Shown: piece after piece, positions 46,938-56,460 of the stretch
Numbering within the stretch: position 1 is the first letter of the stretch
Layout of the letters: each line of letters begins with the position of its first letter
Virus record (IMG/VR): IMGVR_UViG_2609459792_000007
Direction: 5' to 3' (one strand)
DNA from: a virus
Taxonomy: Duplodnaviria > Heunggongvirae > Uroviricota > Caudoviricetes
Length of the DNA: 64,000 nt
The notes under the pieces: model-generated
What the model saw: only the letters and a program-made list of their open reading frames with translations
Told to the model about the DNA's origin: nothing
The model's database searches: none
Position numbers and translations under genes: made by a program

Positions 46938-47705
46938 TTATGCCGCGCTAACACTATGTTCAGTCCTAACCACCCCAACCTTCACAAAAGGGCTACCGTA
47001 GCTTGGTGGCTTCTTGATTAATTTGCCTACATACAGTTTTCTAATATGCTCATCGGCTATTCTGCCAACAAATTCATATCGTTTTGTGTCGGGGCCAAGA
47101 GCTATATCCCTTGTAAAGTACTGCTGAGAACCGGCTTTGACCCAGCATTCAATCTGATAAACTTCCATTATTAGCCCACCATATGTAGCGTAGGCATATT
47201 TGAGATTCTCGTCTCTTGGAACCTTTGCCCATACGCCACGCGTAGCTTCATATAATGCCAGAGCGGACATTCCTGATTTGTAGGTGCTGTTTAGCAGGAA
47301 GGCAAGACCGGCGTGCTCAGGAGCAATTTCAGTTTCCTCTTGCAGCACTAAGTGATGGTAGGCGTCCAGTGATATTCTGCCCATCATGGAACCACTTCCT
47401 CGAACCTTATTCGTAAGCTCTCCGACCCCCATAAGGTCGATGCATGTCGCCTCAACAAGTTTGGCTGTGGTTTCATCCATACCATGACGAAGAATATCTA
47501 TGCCTAATTTTTTATTAGCCAAAAGTTCTTTGATCCGCATGGATTTGGGAGAGTCATCGGGATACTTGATGTGATCGAGACAACGAGTCGATTTGCCTTT
47601 TCCTATGTAAAACGGTCTTTTCATCTTGTCTTCTGTATCATAGAGACAGTAAACATAGTATTTAGCCTTATCCAAGGATCTCGCGTATACCGATAAATCG
47701 TCCAT
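46938..47705 (-). CDS. GIY-YIG nuclease domain protein
   Basis: N-terminal YYVYCLY ... FYIGKGK motif. Confidence 0.6.
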   Translation of the reverse strand: MDDLSVYARSLDKAKYYVYCLYDTEDKMKRPFYIGKGKSTRCLDHIKYPDDSPKSMRIKELLANKKLGIDILRHGMDETTAKLVEATCIDLMGVGELTNKVRGSGSMMGRISLDAYHHLVLQEETEIAPEHAGLAFLLNSTYKSGMSALALYEATRGVWAKVPRDENLKYAYATYGGLIMEVYQIECWVKAGSQQYFTRDIALGPDTKRYEFVGRIADEHIRKLYVGKLIKKPPSYGSPFVKVGVVRTEHSVSAA

Positions 47706-47816
47706 TATTGCATCTCTTAGCTACTGACTAATGCGTTCTATTTTACACATAAGTTTTTAATCAATTTAACAGGCTCAAAGTGTAGAGCTTCTGGGCGTCT
47801 AAGACGACAAGTTATG

Positions 47817-47871
47817 CCTGCTTCTGTATATATAAATAATAAGTAACTTATTAAATATATACGGAAGCAGG
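47817..47871. repeat. 55-bp imperfect palindromic element, copy 2
   Basis: Identical to copy at 15012 except one base (cctgcTtctg vs cctgcAtctg). Confidence 0.8.
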
Positions 47872-47952
47872 TCTTTTAAAAGACACCACCAGAACAACTC
47901 CCTTCCGTTTCCACTTCCAAAAACTGCCACCAGTCGCTATCATCCGCTCATT

Positions 47953-47976
47953 GTGATAAGTAAGTAACTACCTACC
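47953..47976. promoter_or_regulatory. family B motif GATAAGTAAGTAAC
   Basis: About 25 nt upstream of the 47988 gene. Confidence 0.45.
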
Positions 47977-47987
47977 AGGTGAGCCAC

Positions 47988-48728
47988 ATGAGCCAAATCT
48001 TTTTCGATACCATCGACAACGACCAGTACGACTTCATGACAGAGTGGAATACCGCTGTTATGGACAAGTGGGTCGCTGAAAACATTGGTTTGTCGCGCTG
48101 TAAAGACGAGGCTGAACTCTTCGAGACGAAGTGGTTTGATTACCGCGACATGCATCCTCTCATGGCCACCTGTCTTTTTACGGAGGCATACAAACGTCAG
48201 TACTCAAATATCATGCTGACGCACGGTCGCGAACACTTTGAAACAGCTCCGTTCACCACCGGGTTAAAACGCCTGCCTTATCAGGAGTTGTCGACTGCCA
48301 ATAAAACGTCGCTATGGAAAGCACGCCAGTTTGCGGATCGCTATTGCTGCTCATACGACTATTTTATCTCCACCGTTCTTTCCGCAGCTGCACGACGGCT
48401 GTGGGACAAGCTGCCGCGCCCACAGCATTTATGGCAGCCAGAGCTGGTTGAGATATTCGAAGAGAAATTAGCCAGACGCGCAACAACCCGTCTGGATGAC
48501 TCTCTGGTTAGTTTTAAGCATATGGGAGACATGCAGTTCAACCCGATTCAGGAAAGCTATTTTGAGTGGATTCTGGAGCGTTTACGCGCCATCCCCCGCA
48601 GCAAGCGCATACGCGCAATTTTCTCCGCTATCTGGCTAATGGAAATCGTTCCAGAGCGCCTTATTTCCGCCCACTTTCCAGAAGAACTGGAAGAAGCACG
48701 GCGGTTTATTGATCCCCTATCTAATTAA
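47988..48728 (+). CDS. hypothetical protein upstream of replicative helicase
   Basis: ATG 47988 with RBS aggtgag; position suggests a replication accessory role. Confidence 0.55.
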   Translation: MSQIFFDTIDNDQYDFMTEWNTAVMDKWVAENIGLSRCKDEAELFETKWFDYRDMHPLMATCLFTEAYKRQYSNIMLTHGREHFETAPFTTGLKRLPYQELSTANKTSLWKARQFADRYCCSYDYFISTVLSAAARRLWDKLPRPQHLWQPELVEIFEEKLARRATTRLDDSLVSFKHMGDMQFNPIQESYFEWILERLRAIPRSKRIRAIFSAIWLMEIVPERLISAHFPEELEEARRFIDPLSN

Positions 48729-48737
48729 CTAATACTA

Positions 48738-48753
48738 GAAAACAATTTGTTTA
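48738..48753. promoter_or_regulatory. family A operator GAAAACAATTTGTTTA upstream of helicase gene
   Basis: Dyad followed by RBS aaaggaaag. Confidence 0.55.
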
Positions 48754-48771
48754 AAAAACAAAGGAAAGCAC

Positions 48772-50112
48772 ATGACCGAACTTTGCCATACAGGACGCGG
48801 GCTGTCCGAAGAGTTTGATGAAGATTTCCAGAACAGACTGACGGCATATTTTTGTCGTGATCACGAGTTTCTTACTCGTGCGGGAGATCTGGTTGTGCCT
48901 AGCCAATTTGCCAATGCGGCCAATGCCATATTGGTTAATATGGTTTCGGGCTATTACCGTATGTACAAGAGCGCGCCCTCTTCATCTGCAATTCTGGATA
49001 TGCTTAAGCGTGCGAAACGCGATAAGACTATCCGTGAGGAACTATTCGCCGATGTTGTTGCTGCGTTTAAGCGCATCCTTGCAGAAAAATTGTCCGATAC
49101 CTCGTACATGGTTGACCAGGTATCAACCTTCGCAAAAAGCGTAGCGTTTGATGATGCTCTGATTAAGGCTGCTGAACTGAAAGAGAAAGGCGACTTTCAG
49201 GGGGCGATGGCAATCATGGCCAAGGTTCAGCAGATTGGATCGAACGAAGCGACCGGAATCTATGACTACTACACCTCCGCAAGTGAGCGATTGAAAGCGC
49301 GTGAATATGAGGCTTCAGAGGAGTATGTGCCAAACAGCATTACAACTGGACTCCCTCTGCTCGATAGGTTGCTGTACCAAAAAGGCTGGGCGAAGCGTGA
49401 AATGGTGCTCTTCATGGGGTTCGCTAAATCCGGTAAATCGACCGCAATGGGTGAGTTTTCCATAAACGCAACGCTTGCTGGCTACAATGTTCTGTATCTC
49501 TCGCTGGAGGTTCACACCAACATTTTGTCCGACCGTTTTGATGCAAGATTGTCGGAGACGGAAATGTCCAAGTTGGTGGAACGGCGCGATGAAGTTCATC
49601 GTAAGTTGGCAGAGTTGGGAGCCTCTAAGGGGATTGGTAGTTTGTGGGTTGTTGAGCGTCCGTCAGGAAGTATGTCACCGGCAGATCTGGACCGTATGCT
49701 TAACAGCATGAAAGCCAACGGCATGGTGCCTGACATGGTTGTTGTCGACTACGCAGATTTGATGCGTGCCAGTTATGACCTTCGTGATGATCGCGCCAAC
49801 ATTCGTAGTATCTACACCGATTTACGTGCTCTTTATGACAAGCATAACGTTGCTGGTATCACGGCGTCGCAAACAAACCGTGAAGGTGGCGCGTCAGAAG
49901 TTGCCACAATGATGCACGCTGCCGACAACATCGAAAAAGTACGTATTGCTGACCTGGTAATAACGATCAACAAAACCGAAGAAGAAGAAGCGAAAGGAGA
50001 GGCTCGTCTCTACTTTGCTGGTTCGCGTAACCAGCAGGGAGGGATCAGCATTCGCGTTAAACAAAACCTCGAACAAATGCGCTTCATTGAGCGGATCTTA
50101 GACGTTACCTAA
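48772..50112 (+). CDS. DnaB-family replicative helicase
   Basis: RecA-like C-terminal domain with Walker A GFAKSGKST and Walker B VVVDYADLM. Confidence 0.75.
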   Translation: MTELCHTGRGLSEEFDEDFQNRLTAYFCRDHEFLTRAGDLVVPSQFANAANAILVNMVSGYYRMYKSAPSSSAILDMLKRAKRDKTIREELFADVVAAFKRILAEKLSDTSYMVDQVSTFAKSVAFDDALIKAAELKEKGDFQGAMAIMAKVQQIGSNEATGIYDYYTSASERLKAREYEASEEYVPNSITTGLPLLDRLLYQKGWAKREMVLFMGFAKSGKSTAMGEFSINATLAGYNVLYLSLEVHTNILSDRFDARLSETEMSKLVERRDEVHRKLAELGASKGIGSLWVVERPSGSMSPADLDRMLNSMKANGMVPDMVVVDYADLMRASYDLRDDRANIRSIYTDLRALYDKHNVAGITASQTNREGGASEVATMMHAADNIEKVRIADLVITINKTEEEEAKGEARLYFAGSRNQQGGISIRVKQNLEQMRFIERILDVT

Positions 50113-50121
50113 AAAATAAGC

Positions 50122-51375
50122 GTGGAGAACACCTCCACGCTTGATTCATTGGTGAAACAACTTTTCTTTTGCCAAACCACAAAAGAAAAACACATGAGCC
50201 TTTATGTTATATCAACATTTAGGTTGGTCACAATATTGCCTGTTAAAAGTGGAATTATCGTGAGCGAGCTGAAAGAGCTAATTACCGAATTAGATTTTGA
50301 ACAATGGTTGGACACTGAAGGTATCGTTTATCGACGTGGAGGCGTGAGTGCTCGCGGTCGTGAAGTGAATATCAAGGAGTGTCCGGTATGCGGCAGCTCC
50401 AACTGGAAGGTATATTTCAATCTGACCAGTGGCGTCGGCAAATGCTTTGCTGGTGATCATCCCGAAGAGATTCAGTTCAATAAGCTGGTCTTCCTCAAGC
50501 ACTACAGCGGTAAATCACGACGACAGTTCGAGGAATATGTGCAGAACGCTCTTCTTTCCCAGGGGTGGGCACCAAAGAAAGAAGAGCTAGTGCTTGCAAG
50601 CACAGTCGAGTTAGAGGGGCCAGTTGCACTCCCTCGTCATTACGAGCTTCCTATAGATGGCCGTCTTCCAGACTATCTGGTTGAACGAAACATATCACCT
50701 GAAATGGCAAAGTATTTTGACCTACGATACTGCGTCGAAGGCAAGCACGCTTATGTAGATCCGTATACAGATCAGGTAAAAGGGCAGATATTCGATATGC
50801 GAGTACTGATACCGGTTTACGATCTGGATGGGGTAATGAAGACATTTCAGGGACGAGACATTACCGGTACAGCAGAACGCCGCTACCTCTTTCCTATGCA
50901 GCTTCCAGCTTCAGGTAAATTTCTCTACAACGGCCATAATGCAGTCGGCAAACAGACTGTAGTTGTCTGTGAGGGTGCGTTCGATGTTATGGGGGTCAAA
51001 CGAGCTATTTTCGACGAAGAAACATTACGTGATTACGTGGAGCCAATAGGAACGTTCGGGATGCATCTATCTGGTAACACCACTCAGGATGCAGAAGATC
51101 AGTTAGGCGCGTTCCTGACGCTCAAGGCGCGTGGGTTACGTAATGTGATCATGATGTGGGATAGTGAAAAGCAAGCTATACGCAACACTATGGCCGCAGC
51201 CAGGCGACTGACCAGTATCGGTCTTAATGTCAAAGTTGCGTGTTTGGGTGAGGAAGGACTCGACCCGGGCGGTGCAACGCCAGAACAAATTATCAAAGCC
51301 TATTATCGGGCAAAACCGTATACCAAACAGTTGGAGTTGCAAAGCAAGGTTTTGGGCATTAAGGCGCTATCGTAA
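50122..51375 (+). CDS. DNA primase (zinc-binding plus TOPRIM)
   Basis: CPVCGSS...KCF zinc-ribbon-like segment and TOPRIM-like VVVCEGAFD; start codon uncertain. Confidence 0.7.
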   Translation: MENTSTLDSLVKQLFFCQTTKEKHMSLYVISTFRLVTILPVKSGIIVSELKELITELDFEQWLDTEGIVYRRGGVSARGREVNIKECPVCGSSNWKVYFNLTSGVGKCFAGDHPEEIQFNKLVFLKHYSGKSRRQFEEYVQNALLSQGWAPKKEELVLASTVELEGPVALPRHYELPIDGRLPDYLVERNISPEMAKYFDLRYCVEGKHAYVDPYTDQVKGQIFDMRVLIPVYDLDGVMKTFQGRDITGTAERRYLFPMQLPASGKFLYNGHNAVGKQTVVVCEGAFDVMGVKRAIFDEETLRDYVEPIGTFGMHLSGNTTQDAEDQLGAFLTLKARGLRNVIMMWDSEKQAIRNTMAAARRLTSIGLNVKVACLGEEGLDPGGATPEQIIKAYYRAKPYTKQLELQSKVLGIKALS

Positions 51376-51386
51376 CAAGTGCCGCT

Positions 51387-51410
51387 AAAATAAGTAGATG
51401 ATTACTTATC
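51387..51410. promoter_or_regulatory. family B motif, reverse orientation
   Basis: aataagtagatgattacttatc. Confidence 0.45.
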
Positions 51411-51450
51411 TTTCTGTAAGAATACTTTCATCTGTTAGCTAGGAGTTGGT

Positions 51451-52233
51451 ATGAAAGACGAAATTCACAAATTAGCCTGCGACATCATTGATAAAACTGG
51501 TTTAGAAATCAGCGAGAGCAATCGACTAGACATCATTGAAAAAGCGGTAAAAACAGCAATGGATCATATCGCCACTCGTTTGGTTGAGATCCCGCTACCA
51601 GGGCTACCTTATCTGAAAGTTGAGTTACACGTATGGGGTGAACCTTCTTGTGCACGGCGTTCTGCATTAGTTGTTTTTATTAGCAAAGAAAACCCGCTCA
51701 GTCTTAAAGTGCAGGTTGGTGCATGGATGGATGGCAAAGTGATCTACACAAATACCGTTTTTTGTGCGCCAAACGACAGTATTATTGAAGAGGCTATTCA
51801 GGAATCACTTCTAACTATGCATAGCTTAGTTTTGCTGGAAGACAAGCAAAACTACGAAGAGTACTTACGGTCGATAAAAGGTGAGAGAACATTGTCACTT
51901 AGAGCCGATTTCGTTACCCCGACAAACCTGTTGGAAGTCTTGCTTAATAAAGGGGCTAATGATGCCGTAAATGTAATCAGAGAGAGTGAGTATGCGTCTC
52001 TTTGCGACATGTGCAAAAGCCAGTTGGATCTGGTGCATATCGTTATTGATGCTGGGAAGGCATGTGATGGCGTAATGGCGGAATTTGCTGGGAAGATGGT
52101 CAGGATTGCTAACGAATTACCGATGATAGAGCAAGAGGCTAAATCATACGCCACCAATCATGTCACAGAGCTTCTTGTCCCCTATCGCTTAGAAAGCAAT
52201 CAGCGCAAGATGATTAGCTGGGGAAGTTGGTAA
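51451..52233 (+). CDS. hypothetical protein (260 aa)
   Basis: ORF with RBS aggag. Confidence 0.55.
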   Translation: MKDEIHKLACDIIDKTGLEISESNRLDIIEKAVKTAMDHIATRLVEIPLPGLPYLKVELHVWGEPSCARRSALVVFISKENPLSLKVQVGAWMDGKVIYTNTVFCAPNDSIIEEAIQESLLTMHSLVLLEDKQNYEEYLRSIKGERTLSLRADFVTPTNLLEVLLNKGANDAVNVIRESEYASLCDMCKSQLDLVHIVIDAGKACDGVMAEFAGKMVRIANELPMIEQEAKSYATNHVTELLVPYRLESNQRKMISWGSW

Positions 52234-52265
52234 TCTCTCCGCGCGTCGTTTTTTTACGCAAACAA

Positions 52266-52285
52266 TGATAGGTAAGTACAAGATT
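52266..52285. promoter_or_regulatory. family B motif GATAGGTAAGTAC
   Basis: Ends about 12 nt before the ATG of the 52290 gene. Confidence 0.45.
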
Positions 52286-52289
52286 ATTT

Positions 52290-52772
52290 ATGGCGATAGT
52301 TGTGAAAGCTGATTTGTCAAAAATCCCCTCTATTTCAGGAAATAATGGTTATTCACTTCGTTGTGAGGAAGTAAAGATAAACGGTGAGTCGGCATATTGC
52401 AGTTACTCCGTTTGCCAGCACACCATTCTTGCCTTCAAAGAAAACCGTCTTCCTCGAACTTCTTTCCAGTCGTGCGCAACCGCTATTAAAGCAGGCAAAT
52501 GCAAGGCGTTAAAAATGATGGTTGAAGAGATTCGTAAAGGAGAATCTCTGTATTTCGAAGATATGACCGCACTCATTAAGGAGGTTGAAGAACGGAATAA
52601 ACAAGCCAGAACTATAAAACGAAAACGTGACAGTGTAACGATTAATAGCATGGTTAAGAAGAGCGCCACATCACAAACAGCGATCACTGACGTGTATGCG
52701 GCGTTGCTTGAAGAAACAACAAAAGAAACACATGAGCAAATCGATCAACATATGGAGGCAAAACAACAATGA
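52290..52772 (+). CDS. hypothetical cysteine-containing protein
   Basis: ORF between primase and ligase genes. Confidence 0.5.
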   Translation: MAIVVKADLSKIPSISGNNGYSLRCEEVKINGESAYCSYSVCQHTILAFKENRLPRTSFQSCATAIKAGKCKALKMMVEEIRKGESLYFEDMTALIKEVEERNKQARTIKRKRDSVTINSMVKKSATSQTAITDVYAALLEETTKETHEQIDQHMEAKQQ

Positions 52773-54091
52773 AAAAGTTGATCGCACTTAAGCATAAGCT
52801 GGACGAAATGAAAGCTATGGGAACCAATGCAAAAAAAGAGGCATTGGCCAACATGGATGACTTTGAACAAAGCATGGTTTCATTGATGCTCAACCCTTTC
52901 ATCCGTTTTGGGGTAAAGAAATACAAAGTGGCAGAGCCGCTTAGTGAGTCCGTCCCAAGTGACGAAAAAGCCATTGATGTACTGAATAAGCTGGCCTCTC
53001 GCGAGCTGACGGGGAACGCAGCAATAGTTGCTGTTGAGTCTATCGTAGCGTCAATGTGCGCCGATGGGCAGGACGTGTTCCGTCGTTTCCTCTTAAAAGA
53101 CCCGAAAGCAGGTGTTGGGATTAGCCTATGCAACAAGGTTTTTGAGAATCCCATTCCGAAATTCGAGGTGCAGCTGGCGTCACCGTATAAAGAAAAAGGC
53201 GACAAATACCCCTTCAAGCCAAATCCTAAAGCAAAATGGCCGATGATTGGCAGTCTTAAGCTCGATGGTTTGCGAGTAATTTGCGAGGTTATTGTTGACG
53301 AGGAAGAGGTTAACTTCCTTTCTCGTACTGGTAATCCAATCACGTCTCTCGATCACCTAAAGCCAGCAATGCTCGAATTAGGCAAACTTTCAGGCCACAA
53401 ACACATCTTCTTCGATGGTGAAGGAACAGCCGGTTCATTTAACCAGTCCGTATCTGCATTGCGCAAAAAGAACGTGCAGGCAATTGGCGCTATTTATCAT
53501 GTTTTCGACTTCTTCCTACCGGAATGGCGGGCACAGGCTAAATCCAAAGAGTATGCAAAGACAGGTATGAAGCTGAAAGAGCGCCTGGCTATGCTGGTGG
53601 CGTTGTTCAAAAACGATCGCAGTGAAGGCTACGGACAAGACATTCACCTGCATCCGTTCTATATCATCCATAGCCACGAAGATTTCATCGAACGCTTTAT
53701 GAAACGCCTGGACGATAACGAAGAAGGGGAGATGGGCAAAGATCCGAACTCTGTTTACGAGTTTAAACGTACCCGCAGCTGGTGGAAGTTAAAAGACGAA
53801 GATTCAGAAGATGGTGAAATTATCGACTTTGAGCCGGGCGACCCGGACTCTGGTTTTGCCAACACACTTGGAAAAATTGTTATTCGTCTTGAAAACGGCG
53901 TCATCGTTCGTGCGAGCGGCATTAAGCATAAATATCTGGACGAGATCTGGAACAACAAAGAGAAGTACCGTGGTCGTATTGTTGAGGTTCATTGTCACGA
54001 GAAAACGCCGGATGGCAGCTTACGCCACCCACGACTGAAATGGCCGCGTTGCTTACGCGATACAGAAGATCGAATCGGAGATAAAGAATGA
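52769..54091 (+). CDS. ATP-dependent DNA ligase
   Basis: Adenylation motif KLDGLR (SLKLDGLRVICEV) and downstream nucleotidyltransferase-like motifs. Confidence 0.8.
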   Translation: MKKLIALKHKLDEMKAMGTNAKKEALANMDDFEQSMVSLMLNPFIRFGVKKYKVAEPLSESVPSDEKAIDVLNKLASRELTGNAAIVAVESIVASMCADGQDVFRRFLLKDPKAGVGISLCNKVFENPIPKFEVQLASPYKEKGDKYPFKPNPKAKWPMIGSLKLDGLRVICEVIVDEEEVNFLSRTGNPITSLDHLKPAMLELGKLSGHKHIFFDGEGTAGSFNQSVSALRKKNVQAIGAIYHVFDFFLPEWRAQAKSKEYAKTGMKLKERLAMLVALFKNDRSEGYGQDIHLHPFYIIHSHEDFIERFMKRLDDNEEGEMGKDPNSVYEFKRTRSWWKLKDEDSEDGEIIDFEPGDPDSGFANTLGKIVIRLENGVIVRASGIKHKYLDEIWNNKEKYRGRIVEVHCHEKTPDGSLRHPRLKWPRCLRDTEDRIGDKE

Positions 54092-54267
54092 TGCTCGGCT
54101 GGATGATTGCATTTTTAGCGGTTGGTTTTTTAATCGGTATTGTGGTGATGTCCAGTTGCATCAATGACTACATTAAAAGCGGTGTTATAGAACGACGCGG
54201 TCGTATTTATCGCATTGTAGAAATAACCCACACAGTGAAGGAGATTAAGGATGATCGTATTAAGTAA
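54088..54267 (+). CDS. small membrane protein (59 aa), not in ORF track
   Basis: ATGA overlap with ligase stop; N-terminal TM helix; C-terminal RIYRIVEIT resembles the ORF at 54463. Confidence 0.35.
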   Translation: MMLGWMIAFLAVGFLIGIVVMSSCINDYIKSGVIERRGRIYRIVEITHTVKEIKDDRIK

Positions 54268-54466
54268 GCGGGAGAAGGAAACGCTTCATGAAATCAGTAA
54301 GTGGCCGGAGTTCCCTGAGTACTGGAAGCCTAAAACGCGGGCTAAGTTAGAGCGGTTAGGGTTGGTTGCAAACGTTTCTGAAACGTGGTGTTCGGCCAAC
54401 TACCAGTTAACTGATAAAGGGAAAGTATTGCTACAGCAATTAGTAGAATCAGGAGCGTTAAAATGA
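54251..54466 (+). CDS. hypothetical protein (71 aa)
   Basis: ORF with RBS gaaggag. Confidence 0.45.
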   Translation: MIVLSKREKETLHEISKWPEFPEYWKPKTRAKLERLGLVANVSETWCSANYQLTDKGKVLLQQLVESGALK

Positions 54467-54615
54467 TTCCATACATCTCATTAGCTTTTATGGGTGGCTT
54501 CCTTATTGGCTTCGGCATCTGTCGTGATTTAATTAAGCAGGAACTTAAAACCAAAACACTGTGCATCGGAAAGCGTGTGTATCGGGTAGTTCATGAAACA
54601 AAGGTTAGAAAATGA
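54463..54615 (+). CDS. small membrane protein (50 aa), paralogue-like, not in ORF track
   Basis: RBS aggagcg; starts with the ATGATTCCATACATC word; TM helix then RVYRVVHET. Confidence 0.35.
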   Translation: MIPYISLAFMGGFLIGFGICRDLIKQELKTKTLCIGKRVYRVVHETKVRK

Positions 54616-54902
54616 GCAATTTAACTTCTTGGGACTGGTGGTTGGTCACCTATTTCTTAGCGGCTGGAGTAGCATTCGCCTTTTACGTAGGTCAGTTAGT
54701 CGTAAAACTGTTGCTGATTAAATTTGCTAGTCATAAACGTATCGATGATGGTCTGTGGCGTCTTGGCACCTTGGTGGAAACTCGCTACGGGCAACTTAAG
54801 GAGAACGAAACCATTACTATCCAAGCGAAACGATTCACTGCCACCATCACAAGAACACCTAGTCGTAGAGTGGCCTTGATCAAAAAAGTCACAACCGAAT
54901 AA
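54612..54902 (+). CDS. membrane protein (96 aa)
   Basis: N-terminal TM helix WWLVTYFLAAGVAFAFYV. Confidence 0.45.
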   Translation: MSNLTSWDWWLVTYFLAAGVAFAFYVGQLVVKLLLIKFASHKRIDDGLWRLGTLVETRYGQLKENETITIQAKRFTATITRTPSRRVALIKKVTTE

Positions 54903-54910
54903 AAATACAA

Positions 54911-54933
54911 TGATAAGTATTTACTTACTTATC
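54911..54933. promoter_or_regulatory. family B motif GATAAGTA-N7-ACTTATC
   Basis: Inverted GATAAGT arms at the start of the structured region before the tRNAs. Confidence 0.45.
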
Positions 54934-55681
54934 TTATATGTATAAGATGACTTTGTTTTCGTTGAGACGCGACTGTTTGAACTTAAATACAAGTGCAAAC
55001 GAAGAAGTCTATCTGGCAGTAGCCTAATAAGCCAAACACCAGCGAGGTCAGTTTCCAGCCTCGTTACCGAAATGGGACACACTGAGCGAGTGTGATTGCA
55101 GAACGCAGGAGGGAACATTCATGTTCCCTCCGATGAAGTAACAGAATGGGCGGTTGGTATATTTTCAACTCCATATGACTCCCGGATTCTTAGCCACTGA
55201 CCGCCCATTCTGTTACGTCATTTTGTTCAATTATGTCGTTTATACTGGGTTAAAAAGCGGCGACGTAGCCCGGCTGGTATGGTCAGCCAGCACACAACGT
55301 TGAGGCCATTACATTTTTATCAATTCTAAGGTTCTATTCACAGAGATACCGGCGAGCGTTGATATGTAACATGTTGGGCAAACATTCAATCGGAGTAGTG
55401 GCCTCAACGTTGTGAAAATAGGATAGTTGTGTAGGTTTAACCACTGTTGCCATTGGTACCTGTTTTCACAACAAATGATTCCATACATCACATTGTATAA
55501 ATTACAAAGTAGGTGCTGTCCTCAGAAACATCATCTACTTAAATAATTTGCCTTCTACTATTGAGCGAAGTCGAAAGCGTCTGGCACTAACGAAAAGTGC
55601 AAGTAGCGGTGCGTTTCCTGGCAGAAACTAACACCGCCGCGATTGGCACTGTTGAGTAATAAATACTGGCAGTGCTGAATT

Positions 55682-55756
55682 GATGGTGTAGCTCAGCGGT
55701 AGAGCAGTTGGCTGTTAACCAACTGGTCGGTGGTTCGAATCCACCCACCATCGCCA
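55682..55756 (+). tRNA. tRNA-Asn (anticodon GTT)
   Basis: Manual cloverleaf: acceptor gatggtg/caccatc, D arm gctc-agcggta-gagc, anticodon loop ctGTTaa, T loop ttcgaat. Confidence 0.85.
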
Positions 55757-55761
55757 ATTTA

Positions 55762-55848
55762 GGGGAGTTAGTCCGTAGAGGTAGCGGGGTAGACTGTAAA
55801 TCTACTGTCATGGAGACTCGGGTGGTTCGACTCCATCACTCCCCACCA
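55762..55848 (+). tRNA. tRNA-Tyr (anticodon GTA), long variable arm
   Basis: Acceptor ggggagt/actcccc, anticodon stem-loop gtaga-ctGTAaa-tctac, long variable arm, T loop ttcgact, 3' CCA. Confidence 0.7.
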
Positions 55849-55852
55849 AATT

Positions 55853-55928
55853 GCCGGTTTAGCTCAGTTGGTAGAGCGCCTGCCTTGTAAGCAGGATGTC
55901 AGCGGTTCGAGTCCGTTAACCGGCACCA
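55853..55928 (+). tRNA. tRNA-Thr (anticodon TGT)
   Basis: Acceptor gccggtt/aaccggc, D arm gctc-agttggta-gagc, anticodon loop ctTGTaa, T loop ttcgagt, 3' CCA. Confidence 0.8.
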
Positions 55929-56152
55929 ATACAACGATAAGATCATTACGGTTAATCGTCGTTCATGTGCACAATGACTGGTCGAAAGGTAGTGATCTTA
56001 CCGTTGTGGTGGATTCGCAGACTGATGCGATAGCTTTCTTGGATGTTAGGGAAATGCGGCCGCAAATCTTCCCTTTCGCGAGCGGTGATCGTCCGTAGTC
56101 CTAATTGGCTGCACCGTATGCCGGAGATTCAGTACCGGCCACCACAACGGCC

Positions 56153-56239
56153 GGAGAGTAGGGAGCATGGTGCTCAAGCGGTCTTGAAAACCGTCCCATT
56201 GCGCAAGCGATGATGGTTCGATTCCATTACTCTCCGCCA
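56153..56239 (+). tRNA. tRNA-Ser (anticodon TGA), long variable arm
   Basis: Acceptor ggagagt/actctcc, anticodon stem-loop gcggt-ctTGAaa-accgt, long variable arm, T loop ttcgatt, 3' CCA. Confidence 0.7.
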
Positions 56240-56396
56240 GACACAGCGTTGAGCGGTTTGGCCTTTTAATCAACTCGATTAAGACTCCGCTAACATAAAC
56301 CAGACCGCTCAACGCTGTGATAGACAATTACGGCAGACGTTCTTAACCATAGCTTGCTAACATCCTAGCAACACTTTTTTTCAGCGCAAAATTCAA

Positions 56397-56423
56397 AGGG
56401 GCTTCGGCCCCTTTTTTGCAACT
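56397..56423 (+). terminator. rho-independent terminator after tRNA cluster
   Basis: aaaggggc-ttcg-gcccctttt followed by ttgc. Confidence 0.85.
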
Positions 56424-56460
56424 GAAAGAGTCAAGTCTACGAACTTTGTAGGGAGAAATA

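Noticed and set aside
52684-53343. 219-aa minus-strand ORF
   Set aside because: Antisense to the ligase gene, whose KLDGLR motif confirms the plus-strand frame.
55930-56150. A fifth tRNA between tRNA-Thr and tRNA-Ser
   Set aside because: Local hairpins are present but no complete cloverleaf with acceptor stem and anticodon arm could be built by hand.
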